The translations under genes were made by a program, and so were the position numbers. Below are positions 42,210 to 53,616 of a DNA stretch of 64,000 bases, piece by piece. The stretch's first letter is position 1. Every line of letters starts with the position of its first letter. Under the pieces are notes generated by a model, which did not search any database, had not been told where the DNA came from, and was given only the letters and a program-made list of their open reading frames with translations. The stretch lies in the NCBI GenBank assembly GCA_048268245.1, contig JBLWVX010000012.1:9308-73307 (forward strand), in the 5' to 3' direction. Source of the DNA: Arcobacteraceae bacterium (GTDB lineage: Bacteria; Campylobacterota; Campylobacteria; Campylobacterales; Arcobacteraceae).

Positions 42210-43127
42210 TTAAAAAATGGATAAACCTGTTTTATTTGTAAAAAGCTCTAAAGCTTTTGTTCCTGCATAGGAGTTTCCAAATTTATTTAATCTTGGAGCA
42301 TAAACACAAATAGCCATTTTCTTAGGAACAATAGCTACTATTCCTCCTCCAACACCACTTTTACCTGGAAGACCAACTCTATATGCAAAATCACCTGATG
42401 CATCATAATGTCCACAAGTTAGCATTAAAGAGTTTATTCTTTTTGCTTTACTTTCATTTATCAACTGCTCATTTGTAATAGGGTTTAATCCATGGTTTGC
42501 TAAAAATAGCATAGACTTTGCAAGTTGTGTAGTACTCATATCAATGGAACATTGCTTAAAGTATGTTTGCATTACACTATCTGTAAAGTTTTTTATATTT
42601 TTGAAACTCTTCATCATATTAATAAGTGCAAGATTTCTGTGACCATGTTTTACTTCTGATTTAAACACTTCTTTATTATATGTAATACTATGGTCATTTG
42701 CTGCATCTTGTATAAAATGAAGTATATAATCAAATGTATTCTCTTTATATAAGGATATAAGTGAGTCAGTTGTTACAATAGCCCCTGCATTTATAAATGG
42801 ATTTCTAGGAACGCCATTTTCATACTCAAGTTGTACTAGCGAGTTAAAAGGATCCCCTGATGGTTCATGTCCTACTCTTTTATATAACTCTTTACTGTAG
42901 TTTTGAAGTGCGAGAGTAAATGTAAATACTTTTGAAATACTCTGAATAGAAAATGGCTTTTTGTGTGAGCCTATATGATACTCATTTAAATCTACATCTA
43001 TAATACTCATAGCAAAATCATTTTTCTTTACTTTCTGTAAAGCTGGAATATAGTTTGCAACTTCACCTTTTTTTAGATGGGGTTTTATCTCTTCTTTAAT
43101 CTCTTCTAAAATTTCTTGATAATTCAT
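42210..43127 (-). CDS. glsA: Glutaminase
   Basis: YIPAL, FSIQSISK, NPFINAGA, PGKSGVGGG. Confidence 0.95.
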   Translation of the reverse strand: MNYQEILEEIKEEIKPHLKKGEVANYIPALQKVKKNDFAMSIIDVDLNEYHIGSHKKPFSIQSISKVFTFTLALQNYSKELYKRVGHEPSGDPFNSLVQLEYENGVPRNPFINAGAIVTTDSLISLYKENTFDYILHFIQDAANDHSITYNKEVFKSEVKHGHRNLALINMMKSFKNIKNFTDSVMQTYFKQCSIDMSTTQLAKSMLFLANHGLNPITNEQLINESKAKRINSLMLTCGHYDASGDFAYRVGLPGKSGVGGGIVAIVPKKMAICVYAPRLNKFGNSYAGTKALELFTNKTGLSIF

Positions 43128-43328
43128 ATATAACCTTTATATGCTAAAAAATAAATTTGAATATTGTATCAAAGATTGGGAAGATAAAAAGTGTATTTGT
43201 TATCAAGTTGTAATTAGTAAGACAATATATCTATAGTTTAAGCAAGGTTTTAGTATAATCGCGAAAACTTATCAGGAAAATTTTAGCTAAAATTAAAACT
43301 TCCTTCAAAATTATTATAAAGAGAATAA

Positions 43329-45146
43329 ATGAGAGATATTAGAAATATTGCAGTTATTGCGCACGTTGACCATGGTAAAACAACACTTGTTGATGAGTTA
43401 TTAAAACAGTCAGGTACTTTTGCAGCTCACCAAGAAGTTGATGAAAGAGTTATGGATAGTAACGATATCGAAAAAGAAAGAGGAATTACAATTCTTTCTA
43501 AGAATACTGCTATTGATTACGAAGGTGTAAGAATTAACATTATTGACACTCCGGGACACGCCGATTTTGGTGGAGAAGTTGAGAGGGTTCTTAAGATGGT
43601 TGACTCAGTATTATTACTAGTTGATGCACAAGAAGGTGTTATGCCTCAAACTAAATTCGTTGTAAAAAAAGCACTTCAATTAGGTCATAGACCAATCGTT
43701 GTTGTAAATAAAATTGATAAACCAGCAGGTGAGCCTGATAGAGTTGTTGATGAGGTATTTGACCTATTTGATCAAATGGGTGCTACTGAAGAGCAACTTG
43801 AATTCCCTGTAATTTATGCAGCAGCTAGAGATGGTTATGCAATGCATGCCTTAGAAGATGAAAAGAAAGATTTACAACCATTATTTGAAACGATTTTAAC
43901 AGAAGTTCCAAAACCAAATGGAAGCGAAGAAAATGGTCTTCAACTTCAAGTATTTACACTTGATTACGATAACTTCATTGGTAAAATCGGTATTGCTAGA
44001 ATCTTCAATGGTACTATTTCAATGGGTGAAACTGTTGTTTTATGTAAAGCTGACGGTGAAAAAGTTAAAGGTAGAGTTTCTAAGCTTATTGGATTCAAAG
44101 GTTTAGAGAGAATTGAAATTGATAAAGCAGGTGCAGGTGACATTTGTGCTGTTGCTGGATTTGAAACTATTGATGTAGGTGATTCTCTTTGTGATCCTGC
44201 AAATCCAATGCCACTAGATCCTATGCATATTGAAGAGCCAACATTATCTGTAACATTTGCAGTAAATGATTCTCCACTAGCAGGAACAGAAGGTAAGTTT
44301 GTAACTTCAAATAAAATTGATGAAAGACTTGCAGCTGAGATGAATACTAATATTGCTATGAACTATGAGCAAATTGGTGAAGGTAAATTTAAAGTAAACG
44401 GAAGAGGTGAGCTTCAAATTACTATTCTTGCTGAGAATATGAGAAGAGAAGGTTTTGAGTTCTCTATTGGTAGACCAGAAGTAATTACAAAAGAAGAAAA
44501 TGGTGTAACTATGGAGCCATTTGAGCATTTAGTAATTGATACACCTGAAGAGTTTTCAGGAACAGTTATTGAAAAATTAGGAAAAAGAAAAGCTAATATG
44601 ACAAATATGGTACCTATGGGTGCTGGATTTACAAGATTAGAGTTTGAAATTCCTGCAAGAGGATTAATCGGTATTAGAACTGAGTTCTTAACTGATACAA
44701 AAGGTGAGGGTGTTATGAACCACTCATTCTTAGACTTTAGACCTCACTCAGGTACAGTTGAATCTAGAAAATATGGTGCATTAGTATCTATGGAAAATGG
44801 TGAAGCACTTGGTTATTCTATCTTCAACTTACAAGATAGAGGAGTTATGTACATTAAACCACAAGATAAAGTATATAACGGAATGGTAATTGGAGAGCAT
44901 GCTAAATCTAATGACTTAGATGTTAACCCAATTAAAGGTAAACAATTAACAAACGTTAGATCTTCAGGTGCTGATGATGCTATTAAGCTTATTCCACCAA
45001 GAGAGATGTCTTTAGAAAATGCACTAGAGTGGATTGAAGAAGATGAGCTTGTTGAAGTAACTCCAATTTCGGTTAGAGTTAGAAAAAGAGAGCTTGATCC
45101 AACAGCAAGAAAAAGAGCAGCAAAGAAAGCTAAGTTCGCTGAATAG
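43329..45146 (+). CDS. typA: Translational GTPase TypA/BipA
   Basis: [32 protein letters not shown]. Confidence 0.97.
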   Translation: MRDIRNIAVIAHVDHGKTTLVDELLKQSGTFAAHQEVDERVMDSNDIEKERGITILSKNTAIDYEGVRINIIDTPGHADFGGEVERVLKMVDSVLLLVDAQEGVMPQTKFVVKKALQLGHRPIVVVNKIDKPAGEPDRVVDEVFDLFDQMGATEEQLEFPVIYAAARDGYAMHALEDEKKDLQPLFETILTEVPKPNGSEENGLQLQVFTLDYDNFIGKIGIARIFNGTISMGETVVLCKADGEKVKGRVSKLIGFKGLERIEIDKAGAGDICAVAGFETIDVGDSLCDPANPMPLDPMHIEEPTLSVTFAVNDSPLAGTEGKFVTSNKIDERLAAEMNTNIAMNYEQIGEGKFKVNGRGELQITILAENMRREGFEFSIGRPEVITKEENGVTMEPFEHLVIDTPEEFSGTVIEKLGKRKANMTNMVPMGAGFTRLEFEIPARGLIGIRTEFLTDTKGEGVMNHSFLDFRPHSGTVESRKYGALVSMENGEALGYSIFNLQDRGVMYIKPQDKVYNGMVIGEHAKSNDLDVNPIKGKQLTNVRSSGADDAIKLIPPREMSLENALEWIEEDELVEVTPISVRVRKRELDPTARKRAAKKAKFAE

Positions 45147-45170
45147 TAAGATTTTATAAACAATCTTATA

Positions 45171-45203
45171 AAGGGGAAGAGCTTTTGCTCTTCCCCTTTT
45201 TTT
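45171..45203 (+). terminator. Intrinsic terminator of typA
   Basis: AAGGGGAAGAGC-tttt-GCTCTTCCCCTT plus T-run. Confidence 0.88.
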
Positions 45204-45328
45204 ATGCAAAAAATTAAATAAAAGGAATAGATTTCATGTCTGATGATATGTGGCTTAGGATTTCAAACAGTTTTAAAATAAATTTATATTAATAGGAGAT
45301 TTTTTTCTCCTATTAAAAGGAGAAAAAA

Positions 45329-45427
45329 ATGAAAAACAATATTAATACAAATAAAAAAGATTACATAATTTTAATTACAATATATTTTTTAACAATTACT
45401 ACTAGTTTTTTAACTATTACAAACTAA
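45329..45427 (+). CDS. Possible 32-aa hydrophobic peptide (not in ORF track)
   Basis: AAGGAG RBS; MKNNINTNKKDYIILITIYFLTITTSFLTITN. Confidence 0.35.
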   Translation: MKNNINTNKKDYIILITIYFLTITTSFLTITN

Positions 45428-47643
45428 TTGTTAAAAGAGATTTTAAACTTAGCACCTGTGTACTCTATGTCATCATGTATATAGGTGCTATTTGATGCTA
45501 CAACTTTAGCATCATGATGGTCTGTGATAATTTGATAAGTCATAGATAAACCAATTCCTGTACCAATATTCTTATGTTTTGTTGTAAAGTAAGGCTCAAA
45601 GATTTTATTTAAAATATCTTTTTTTATACCCCCACCATTGTCTACAATTGTTAAGTCTAAACCAGTAGGGGTTTTTTGAGTTTCAATAAAAATAAGCTTT
45701 TTATTATGCTTTTTTATATTTTCATTCATTGCATCTTTTGAGTTATTGATAATATTTATAAGACCTTGAATTAGCTGATTTTCAAAAGCAGGTATTTCCA
45801 TATCTTCATTTATATTTAAAATAAGTTCAATTTCATTGCTACTTAGGGTTGACTTTATAATATTTATTGTTTTATTTACAATTTGAGATATTTTTACAAC
45901 ATCTTTTTGCTCTTTATTTCGTATAAAATCTCTGAAATCTTCTATTGTATTTGATAAATATTTTGCTTGTTTTGTAATATTTTCCATACTTTTGTATAAG
46001 TCTTCTTTTCCTAATTTATTTACTTCACTTTTTAAAATTGTAGCACTTGATATTGAAGTAATAACACTTAAAGGTTGTCTCCATTGATGAGCAATATTTC
46101 CTATCATTTCACCCATTGATGCTAGCTTAGATTGAGATTCCATAACTTTATTTTGAGAAATATCTCTTGAAATTCCTAAATAACCATATATTTCATTGTT
46201 CTTATTTTTTAAAGCTGTTACTGTTAAACTTATAGGTATATGTTTACCATCTTTAGTTTTGTAAGTCCATTCTAGCTCACTATATCTTAGGACAGATTTT
46301 GCAATAAAAATATTAAAATTAGGTTCTATTTCTTCTCTTAACTTTTTACTAAACTCTCTTGCCATCATATTAAGTTCGTTTTCTAAGTGGAAAATTAGTG
46401 GTGTTTGTTTATCAATAAGCTCTTCTTGAGTATATTCAGTAACCTTTTCTACTTCTTTATTTATTTGTTTAATAATACCTTTTTTATCAGTTCTAATTAT
46501 CATATATCCAGAGTTATCAAAGATTGTTGTTTGTAGTTCTAATGCTTCATATAGTCTATTTTCACTATTTTTTTCATTTGTTACATCATAGAACCAACCA
46601 ATAATTGCTTTTTCATTATCAAATTCTATATTCATATAAGAAGCTAATGCCCAAACTCTCTTATTATTGATCTTCAATACAATAAGTCTATTATAGATTG
46701 TTTCATTGTTTTTTAATTCTTCTAAAATTTGATGATATACTTCTTTGTTTTCATAATAGCTTTTAGGCTTTTTAAAATCATTGTCTTTTTTTATTATTTT
46801 TTTATATGCATGATTTGCAAAAACCACTTCTTCACTATTATTTTTTGCAATTCTTACTGCAATTGGACTATTTTGTAGAAGATACTCTAATTTATTTTGT
46901 TCATCTTTTAAAACATCTGTAGATTTTTTAATTGTGTTAATCATTTTGTTTATACTACTTGATAGGTTATCAATCTCTATAAAGGTATTATCTTCAAGAA
47001 GTTTAGTTGGAATACCATCTTTATCTACAATGCTTACTGTTTTTGTAATATCTGAAATAGGTTTTAGTATAAAGGCTTTAATTGTTAAAAACAAAAATAA
47101 AATTAAAAAAAGTGAAAGAATAAATGTATTTTTAATATTTTCTATAATTATTTCTTTTAGCTCTTTATTCATTTCCTCATCAGTAATATAAATACTAATT
47201 GTTCCTATTTCAGTACCAAATGATGAAATAATTTTATATGTATCAGAGTAGAAAGCACCTTGAAGTTTTTGATTATGCTTTAGGTTTGTAGGATCATAAT
47301 CTGTTATTTTACCATCTTGTTTAATTTTTCCACTAGATAAAAACTCTTCACCTAGAATTTTTCCCATGTTATAGTCATTTATAATAATTGCTAAAATATC
47401 TTTTCTACTTAATTCATTGTATATTAAAGTATTGTATTCATTTATAGCATATGCAGAAATTAGATTTTTAATATTATCTTTAATAGATAAAATAGTAGTT
47501 CTAGAGTCATTTTTCATATTATGGATTATTTTATCTTTTGTATATATATAACTATATGTATAGTTAATTGCCATAGTTAAAACTACAGTAGAAATAATAG
47601 TTATAGCTAATGCAAAATATAAAGATAATTTAAATTTTCTCAT
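45424..47643 (-). CDS. Sensor histidine kinase with periplasmic, HAMP and PAS domains
   Basis: Two TMs, IAHQWRQPL, DNGGG, FEPYFTTK, GTGIGL. Confidence 0.92.
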   Translation of the reverse strand: MRKFKLSLYFALAITIISTVVLTMAINYTYSYIYTKDKIIHNMKNDSRTTILSIKDNIKNLISAYAINEYNTLIYNELSRKDILAIIINDYNMGKILGEEFLSSGKIKQDGKITDYDPTNLKHNQKLQGAFYSDTYKIISSFGTEIGTISIYITDEEMNKELKEIIIENIKNTFILSLFLILFLFLTIKAFILKPISDITKTVSIVDKDGIPTKLLEDNTFIEIDNLSSSINKMINTIKKSTDVLKDEQNKLEYLLQNSPIAVRIAKNNSEEVVFANHAYKKIIKKDNDFKKPKSYYENKEVYHQILEELKNNETIYNRLIVLKINNKRVWALASYMNIEFDNEKAIIGWFYDVTNEKNSENRLYEALELQTTIFDNSGYMIIRTDKKGIIKQINKEVEKVTEYTQEELIDKQTPLIFHLENELNMMAREFSKKLREEIEPNFNIFIAKSVLRYSELEWTYKTKDGKHIPISLTVTALKNKNNEIYGYLGISRDISQNKVMESQSKLASMGEMIGNIAHQWRQPLSVITSISSATILKSEVNKLGKEDLYKSMENITKQAKYLSNTIEDFRDFIRNKEQKDVVKISQIVNKTINIIKSTLSSNEIELILNINEDMEIPAFENQLIQGLINIINNSKDAMNENIKKHNKKLIFIETQKTPTGLDLTIVDNGGGIKKDILNKIFEPYFTTKHKNIGTGIGLSMTYQIITDHHDAKVVASNSTYIHDDIEYTGAKFKISFNN

Positions 47644-48629
47644 TAATCTTCGATTCCTAAAACATTTAGATTTATTTCATCTTTTTTTTCTTTTATATTT
47701 TTTTTTGTTATATTTAATATAGGGATTTGTACATTTTTAACTATGTTTTGTTTATTTAGGTATTTATGCATAGAAATAGCTGCTTTTTGACCCATAAGAT
47801 AAGGTTGTTGCATTCCTGATGCTATTATAGTATTTTCTTTTATTAATTCAATAAATTCTGGTTCTGCATCAAAAGCAATAAGTAGTATCTCTTTGTCTTT
47901 GTTTGCATCCCTAAGGGCTTTAATTGCACCTTTATAGATATTTGAAGTTTGTATCCAAATAGCACCAAGTTCAGGGAATCTATCTATTAACTCTTTTGTA
48001 TATGTATAAGTTTCTTCATCACTCCAAGTAACTAACTGTTTTATGTCAGCACCTTTAATATTTTTTTGATTTAAAGCTTCCATAAAACCTGCAGTTCTTT
48101 GCTGGCCATTTAATCTTTTTTGAGGTATAGCAATAATTCCTACTTTTTTATTATTAATGCCTCTTCTTTTCATTTCTTTAACTAATGTATTTCCAATATT
48201 ATAAGCACCTAATCTATTACTTGAAGAGATATAAGATATATAATCATTACTATCACTTCCCACATCGGCAATAACTACAGGAATATTGGCTTTTTTTGCA
48301 AGCTTCAAAATAGTTACACAAGCAGAAGAAGTAGTAGGGGAAACAATAATACCATCAACACCACTTTTTATAGCTTTAATAGTATGCATTAATTCTATTT
48401 TTGCACTATTTTGTGAGTCATATATCTTAAGGTCATAGTCAAGCTCTTGACTAACATTATGAATACCTTTTGCCATAATAGTCCAAAAAGGAATCTTCAT
48501 ATCAGCATTAATATAAACAATTTTTTTTGAATCATTTGCATTTAGTAGTGAAAAATTAAAAATAATAAAAATTAAAAAAATATTGAAATGCTTCATTCTA
48601 GACCTAAAGTTATTTTTTTTGTTATGCAT
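47643..48629 (-). CDS. Periplasmic sugar-binding-fold protein (RbsB/TorT/LuxP fold)
   Basis: PFW, VDGIIVSP, IPVV, RTAGF, AFD, QQPYLMG. Confidence 0.85.
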   Translation of the reverse strand: MHNKKNNFRSRMKHFNIFLIFIIFNFSLLNANDSKKIVYINADMKIPFWTIMAKGIHNVSQELDYDLKIYDSQNSAKIELMHTIKAIKSGVDGIIVSPTTSSACVTILKLAKKANIPVVIADVGSDSNDYISYISSSNRLGAYNIGNTLVKEMKRRGINNKKVGIIAIPQKRLNGQQRTAGFMEALNQKNIKGADIKQLVTWSDEETYTYTKELIDRFPELGAIWIQTSNIYKGAIKALRDANKDKEILLIAFDAEPEFIELIKENTIIASGMQQPYLMGQKAAISMHKYLNKQNIVKNVQIPILNITKKNIKEKKDEINLNVLGIED

Positions 48630-48690
48630 TGTACATTTATTTAATTTTATATTTTATTAATAAAGGTGACTAAAAAGAGAATATCTCTTT

Positions 48691-50919
48691 TTAGTTAAAT
48701 TTTTTATTGTCAGTATTTTTTATAATTTCTAAGGCTATATGATTTGTTTTTGTAGCAATTTCTTTTGCATTTGTAGCTACTTTTGCATTTTCTTGAGTTA
48801 ATTGGTCTATTTTTGTAATGGCTTCATTAATTTGTGAGATAGTTCTACTTTGTTCTTGAGTTGAGTCTGTTACTGATGAGATAATTTCACTAGTACTCTC
48901 TATTTTTTCATTAAGTTTACTAAACCCTTCAATCATTTTTTCAGAACTATTTTTACCTTCACTTGCTTTTAAATTAGCTTTTTCAACAAGTTCTTTTATA
49001 TCTTTTGCTGCTTCTGCACTTCTTCCTGCAAGGTTTCTTACTTCTTGGGCAACCACTGCGAAGCCTTTTCCTGCTTCACCTGCTGTTGCTGCTTCTACGG
49101 CTGCATTTAATGAAAGAATATTTGTTTGGAATGCAATTTGGTCAATAATAGTAATAGCTTCATTAATTTCTTGTGTTGCATTATTGATTTCTTCCATAGA
49201 TTTTTGAGTTTGACTAGCTAGGTTTTTACCTTCATTTGCATAAGTCAATGTCTCTTTTGATAGCTCTTGCATTGTTATAGCTTGTGAAGAGATTTCTCTA
49301 ATAGAAGCTGTTGTTTCTTCTACAGATGCGGCTGTCTCTTCAATAGATGCAGCTTGTGATAAAGCAGAATTATTTAAGTGCTCTACATTTGAAGAAAGCT
49401 CTTGTGAGTTTTGGCTTAATATATCACCATTATTTTTATTTTCTCTTAACATCGAAGTAATAGCTTCACCTAAGGCATTAATACCATCAATTAGTTTTTT
49501 AGTCTCTCCATGAATATCTTTATTTTCTATTTTTGATAAATAGTCATAGTTTGTATATTTGTTCAATTCATCTAAGATATTATTCATTAATGCTTCTTGA
49601 TTTATAAGCATTTTATTAATTGTTTTTGCAAAAGTTCTAATTTGAGGATTTGCAGGCATTGACATTACTTGGTTGTGATAACTTCCTTGCTCTAGTTTAT
49701 TTAAAACTAAAATAGCTTCACCAACACACTTCATATCTTGCTCTAATTCTTTTTCTAATGTTTCTAAGTTTTTATTGATAAATTGAGAAATTTCATTTAA
49801 TTCATCTTTTGATGTAACGCTGATATGCTCAAATGTATTTCTTTTTCTATTCATAAAGTCAAAGAATACTTCAATACCATATCTTATTTTCATAATTGAA
49901 TCAATCATACTTCTTATATTATATGAAATAATTAAAAGAGTTAAAGAAATAACAATTACTAAAAATACAGTTAATAAAATAAAGTTATTTAAAGCCTCTT
50001 CTTTTTTAATGATAGTATCTTTTATTATCATCTCAGATAAATAGTCATCTGTTTTTTTAAGAAGATCGATTTTTTTAGTTATTGTTTGAAACCAGTGAGT
50101 GGCATCAATATTAAAGTTACCTTGACCATTGTTATTTGTAATAATTAGTTTTCTTAATTTGTCTACTTCTTTTAATGATTCACCTTGAATCGTACTATTT
50201 TTAAAATTTACTGCTTCTTTTCCAGATAATGTTTCAAATGTAGACATATCAGCATCTTGTTGAGCTATAAGAGTGATAAATCTTGCTTGAAGTCCCGGAA
50301 GAAGTTTATTTGCACTAAATATAGCAGACCCTACAGCTCTTTCAATACCAGCTCTTTCTTTTGATTCTAAAAATGAGTAGTAAGCCATAGATTCAATTAC
50401 TATTTTATTATCAAGGGATTGTTTTGAAGTTAATGTAATATACTTTAAAAACATTGAGTTTAGGTTTGTATAGTATCCTAAGGCATTTTTTAAACTAATG
50501 TTGAAGCCATCAACTTGACTTCTGATATTATTAACTTTTCCAATTTCATTTAGAACTTTTTTTAATCTATTTGAATTTTCTTCATTCAAAATAGCATGTA
50601 AGTTATTTGATGAGATAAAGCTATTTAGTTCATTTAGTTTTTTATTTGTAAGTTCTCTTTGATTGGCAAGAATATTTTTAAACTTAGAGCCTTTACTTCC
50701 AATAAACCCTGCAGTTGCACCTCTTTCTTTTTGTGTTTCATGCACTAAGTGAGAGATACTTGCATTTAGATTCATTAGAACTTCTAGTTTATCATAGTTT
50801 TTATATTTACTAAAACTTTGAAAAAGTAAAATTGTTGATATTACTAAAATAGCAAGCATTGGAATTATTATAGAGACTAATAACTTTTTTTTGATTGATA
50901 AGTTTTTTAAGAAGTTCAT
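48691..50919 (-). CDS. MCP with nitrate/nitrite-sensing (NIT) domain
   Basis: [10 protein letters not shown] and [12 protein letters not shown] motifs; two TMs; MCP signature. Confidence 0.88.
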   Translation of the reverse strand: MNFLKNLSIKKKLLVSIIIPMLAILVISTILLFQSFSKYKNYDKLEVLMNLNASISHLVHETQKERGATAGFIGSKGSKFKNILANQRELTNKKLNELNSFISSNNLHAILNEENSNRLKKVLNEIGKVNNIRSQVDGFNISLKNALGYYTNLNSMFLKYITLTSKQSLDNKIVIESMAYYSFLESKERAGIERAVGSAIFSANKLLPGLQARFITLIAQQDADMSTFETLSGKEAVNFKNSTIQGESLKEVDKLRKLIITNNNGQGNFNIDATHWFQTITKKIDLLKKTDDYLSEMIIKDTIIKKEEALNNFILLTVFLVIVISLTLLIISYNIRSMIDSIMKIRYGIEVFFDFMNRKRNTFEHISVTSKDELNEISQFINKNLETLEKELEQDMKCVGEAILVLNKLEQGSYHNQVMSMPANPQIRTFAKTINKMLINQEALMNNILDELNKYTNYDYLSKIENKDIHGETKKLIDGINALGEAITSMLRENKNNGDILSQNSQELSSNVEHLNNSALSQAASIEETAASVEETTASIREISSQAITMQELSKETLTYANEGKNLASQTQKSMEEINNATQEINEAITIIDQIAFQTNILSLNAAVEAATAGEAGKGFAVVAQEVRNLAGRSAEAAKDIKELVEKANLKASEGKNSSEKMIEGFSKLNEKIESTSEIISSVTDSTQEQSRTISQINEAITKIDQLTQENAKVATNAKEIATKTNHIALEIIKNTDNKKFN

Positions 50920-50929
50920 TACTTTTTCC

Positions 50930-51316
50930 TTATTTCATTGTTTTATATAGTTCTATAGCTTTTTCTATCTCATCTCTAGAAGCTACTTTTCTACATGACA
51001 TATAACCTTTTGAGCCATCACTTGATTCTAATGGGTATATAGTTGCATAAACCCAGTAATAATTTCCTAGTTTAGTTTTGTTTTTTACAAAACCTTTCCA
51101 AATATTTCCACTTTGGATAGTTTTCCATAAGTCTTCAAAAGCTGCTTTTGGCATATCAGGGTGTCTTAAAATATTGTGAGGTTTATCTATTAGTTCATCA
51201 AGTGAATACTCACTGATTTCACAGAATTCATCATTTGCGTACTTTATAAAGCCCTTTTCATCTGTTTCTGAAACAATAAATGAGTTGTTATCTAGAAGTA
51301 TTTCTTTACCACTCAT
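50930..51316 (-). CDS. Stand-alone Aer-type PAS protein (CetB-like)
   Basis: [11 protein letters not shown]...W...VKN...YYWV. Confidence 0.85.
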   Translation of the reverse strand: MSGKEILLDNNSFIVSETDEKGFIKYANDEFCEISEYSLDELIDKPHNILRHPDMPKAAFEDLWKTIQSGNIWKGFVKNKTKLGNYYWVYATIYPLESSDGSKGYMSCRKVASRDEIEKAIELYKTMK

Positions 51317-51398
51317 AATAATTCCTTTTTATAAATTGTTATATATTATATAACAATTATTATTAAAAAGATAAAAGTCTATATGTTTATTTTTTATT

Positions 51399-52125
51399 CT
51401 AAGATAATTTTATATGGGTATGTCCACAAAGAGCCCAATCAATATCTTTTGTATCAATATCATTTAGGTATCTTGGTTGATGGGATAAAAGTATGGTTGG
51501 AGAGTTTTTTTGTTTTCTAAATCAGGTATAAAGTTTCCATATTTATGAGCAAAAATATCATAAACACCAGCTAAATTGAAACCTTTGTTTTCTTCTCCTA
51601 TACAAACTGATTCATTTTCAAGTACTTTTATATTTAAAGAGTTTACTCTTTTTACAGGAATTGCAATAAACTTTTTATCAATATGCGCATCACTTAGTTG
51701 GACAATATTATAAGGTTTTTGATTTTTATATCTACAACTTAAGTTCAATAGTTTTTGCATTTTGCATAGCTTTGGCATTTGTTTCAACTATAAGTGAAAT
51801 AGTACCAATATCTAGGCATTTTTTAACACCATATGAGATGATTTTATGAATAATTGTTATGATAAATGTAAGGAAAATCACCCCAATAGGTAAAGATAAT
51901 AGGAAATATAGCCAGTTAGGGAAAACTGGGTTGTATCTAGCAACTGGGTACATACATACCCCAAAAAATGTAATATATAAAAATATGCTAAGATACTTTT
52001 TTGTCTTATCTTTAAACGCAAGTTTATCAATAAGACGTTTTTTTATTATGTATGTTTGGAAAGTAAATACTGATAAAAAAACAGTTATAAATATTATAAA
52101 ACTAATGGGGAAATTATATATAGTA
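51399..52125 (-). pseudogene. Degraded membrane-anchored metallophosphoesterase (YkuE-like)
   Basis: Three frames: TM N-terminus; IVQLSDAH...VLENE...LAGVYD; then LLSHQP...LCGHTH; GD and GNHE motifs missing. Confidence 0.8.
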
Positions 52126-52215
52126 AAAATTAATAGATATTTAACAAAAAATAAAATTTATATTAAATAAGAAAATTTATCCCAAAGAAATAAAGAAGCC
52201 ATAAAAATAGGCTCT

Positions 52216-53517
52216 TTATTTACTTTGTTTTGAAATACAACTAACTAAATTAAGTATTTCTTCTTCTGTTTGAGTGTAGTGAATAGATATTCTAAGCCAT
52301 CCTGGTTTATTTGAAATATTTGCATCATTAATACCTAATAGGTCATGACCATAAGGTCCTGCACATGAACATCCTGCTCTTGTTTGGAAACCATCAGTTG
52401 CAGAGATTTTTGCACACAGCTCATAAGGGTCTATACTATTTATATTAAAAGATACAATACCTATATTATCTTCTTGCTGATTTCCATAAATTTCACAATT
52501 TGGAAGTTTATTTAACTCACTTATAAATAGTGTTTTTAGTTTTGTTTTTTGTTCATTTATAAATTCAAAACCTACTTCATTTCTTAGTTGGTAAGCTAAA
52601 GAAGCTCTAATAAACTGTAAAATTCCAGGTGTTCCTGCATCTTCTCTTAATTCGATACTTTTTTGATAAACTTGGCTTTCTTTATTTACATATTCAACAG
52701 TTCCACCTGCAGCAAAAGTAGGGGATAGTTTAGTGTTGATTAAAGACTTTCTAACTATTAGAAGTCCACATGAACCAGGACCTCCTAGAAGTTTATGTGG
52801 AGACATAAACATAGCATCATAAAGCTCACATGGTACATTCATATAAGGCGAACTTGCAGCTGCATCAAAACATACTAATGCATTATATTTTCTAAGAAGT
52901 TTAGAGATTTTTTTAAAAGGAGTAATAATACCAGTTACATTTGAAGCAATACAGAATGAACCAATAATTTCTCTTCCTTTATTTTTCTTCAAAATCTTCT
53001 TTAAGTGTTTCATGTCGATTAAACCTTCATCATCAAGTTTAACCCTTTTTATTTCACATAAAGCTTCTCTAAATGATACTTCATTTGAGTGATGTTCATA
53101 AGGTCCAACTATAACTAAAGGTAATTTTGATTTATCTACTTTTATTTTATATCTCTTTTTAGTTGCAGGAGGAATATAAAGACCCAGTAGTTCTTGTAAA
53201 TGTTTAATTGCAGCAGTAGTTCCACAGCCACTTGGAAGTATTGCAAACTCTTCATTTACATCAAGGTTTTTAGCTAAGTTAGTTCTTGCTTGTTCATAAT
53301 AGTAAGTTGTTGCTTTTGCATTTGTAGACTCCATAGAATGAGTGTTTGCATAAGTTTCTAAAACATCTCTTATTCTATTTTCAATAGGTCTAAAAGCAAG
53401 TCCTGAAGCAGTATAATCAAAATACTCACTTTTGCTTTTTCCAATAGTATTGTATTTTAAAAAATCTAATTTTTTTGTATTTTCATTAAAAAAAGGTTTA
53501 AATATATCTCGTGTCAT
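52216..53517 (-). CDS. Class V PLP aminotransferase (cysteine desulfurase-like)
   Basis: DYTASG, EHHSN, SPHK, GTP, RAGCSCA. Confidence 0.88.
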   Translation of the reverse strand: MTRDIFKPFFNENTKKLDFLKYNTIGKSKSEYFDYTASGLAFRPIENRIRDVLETYANTHSMESTNAKATTYYYEQARTNLAKNLDVNEEFAILPSGCGTTAAIKHLQELLGLYIPPATKKRYKIKVDKSKLPLVIVGPYEHHSNEVSFREALCEIKRVKLDDEGLIDMKHLKKILKKNKGREIIGSFCIASNVTGIITPFKKISKLLRKYNALVCFDAAASSPYMNVPCELYDAMFMSPHKLLGGPGSCGLLIVRKSLINTKLSPTFAAGGTVEYVNKESQVYQKSIELREDAGTPGILQFIRASLAYQLRNEVGFEFINEQKTKLKTLFISELNKLPNCEIYGNQQEDNIGIVSFNINSIDPYELCAKISATDGFQTRAGCSCAGPYGHDLLGINDANISNKPGWLRISIHYTQTEEEILNLVSCISKQSK

Positions 53518-53616
53518 TTTTGCTCATTAAATTAGTTAGGATTATTAGCTTTATAATTTTAAGTTATTTTTCATAAGAGTTTGCTTGTGTATCGTATAAG
53601 AGCGTTCATATGACTC

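Noticed and set aside
51859..52170. 103-aa + strand ORF
   Set aside because: Antisense shadow of the metallophosphoesterase pseudogene.
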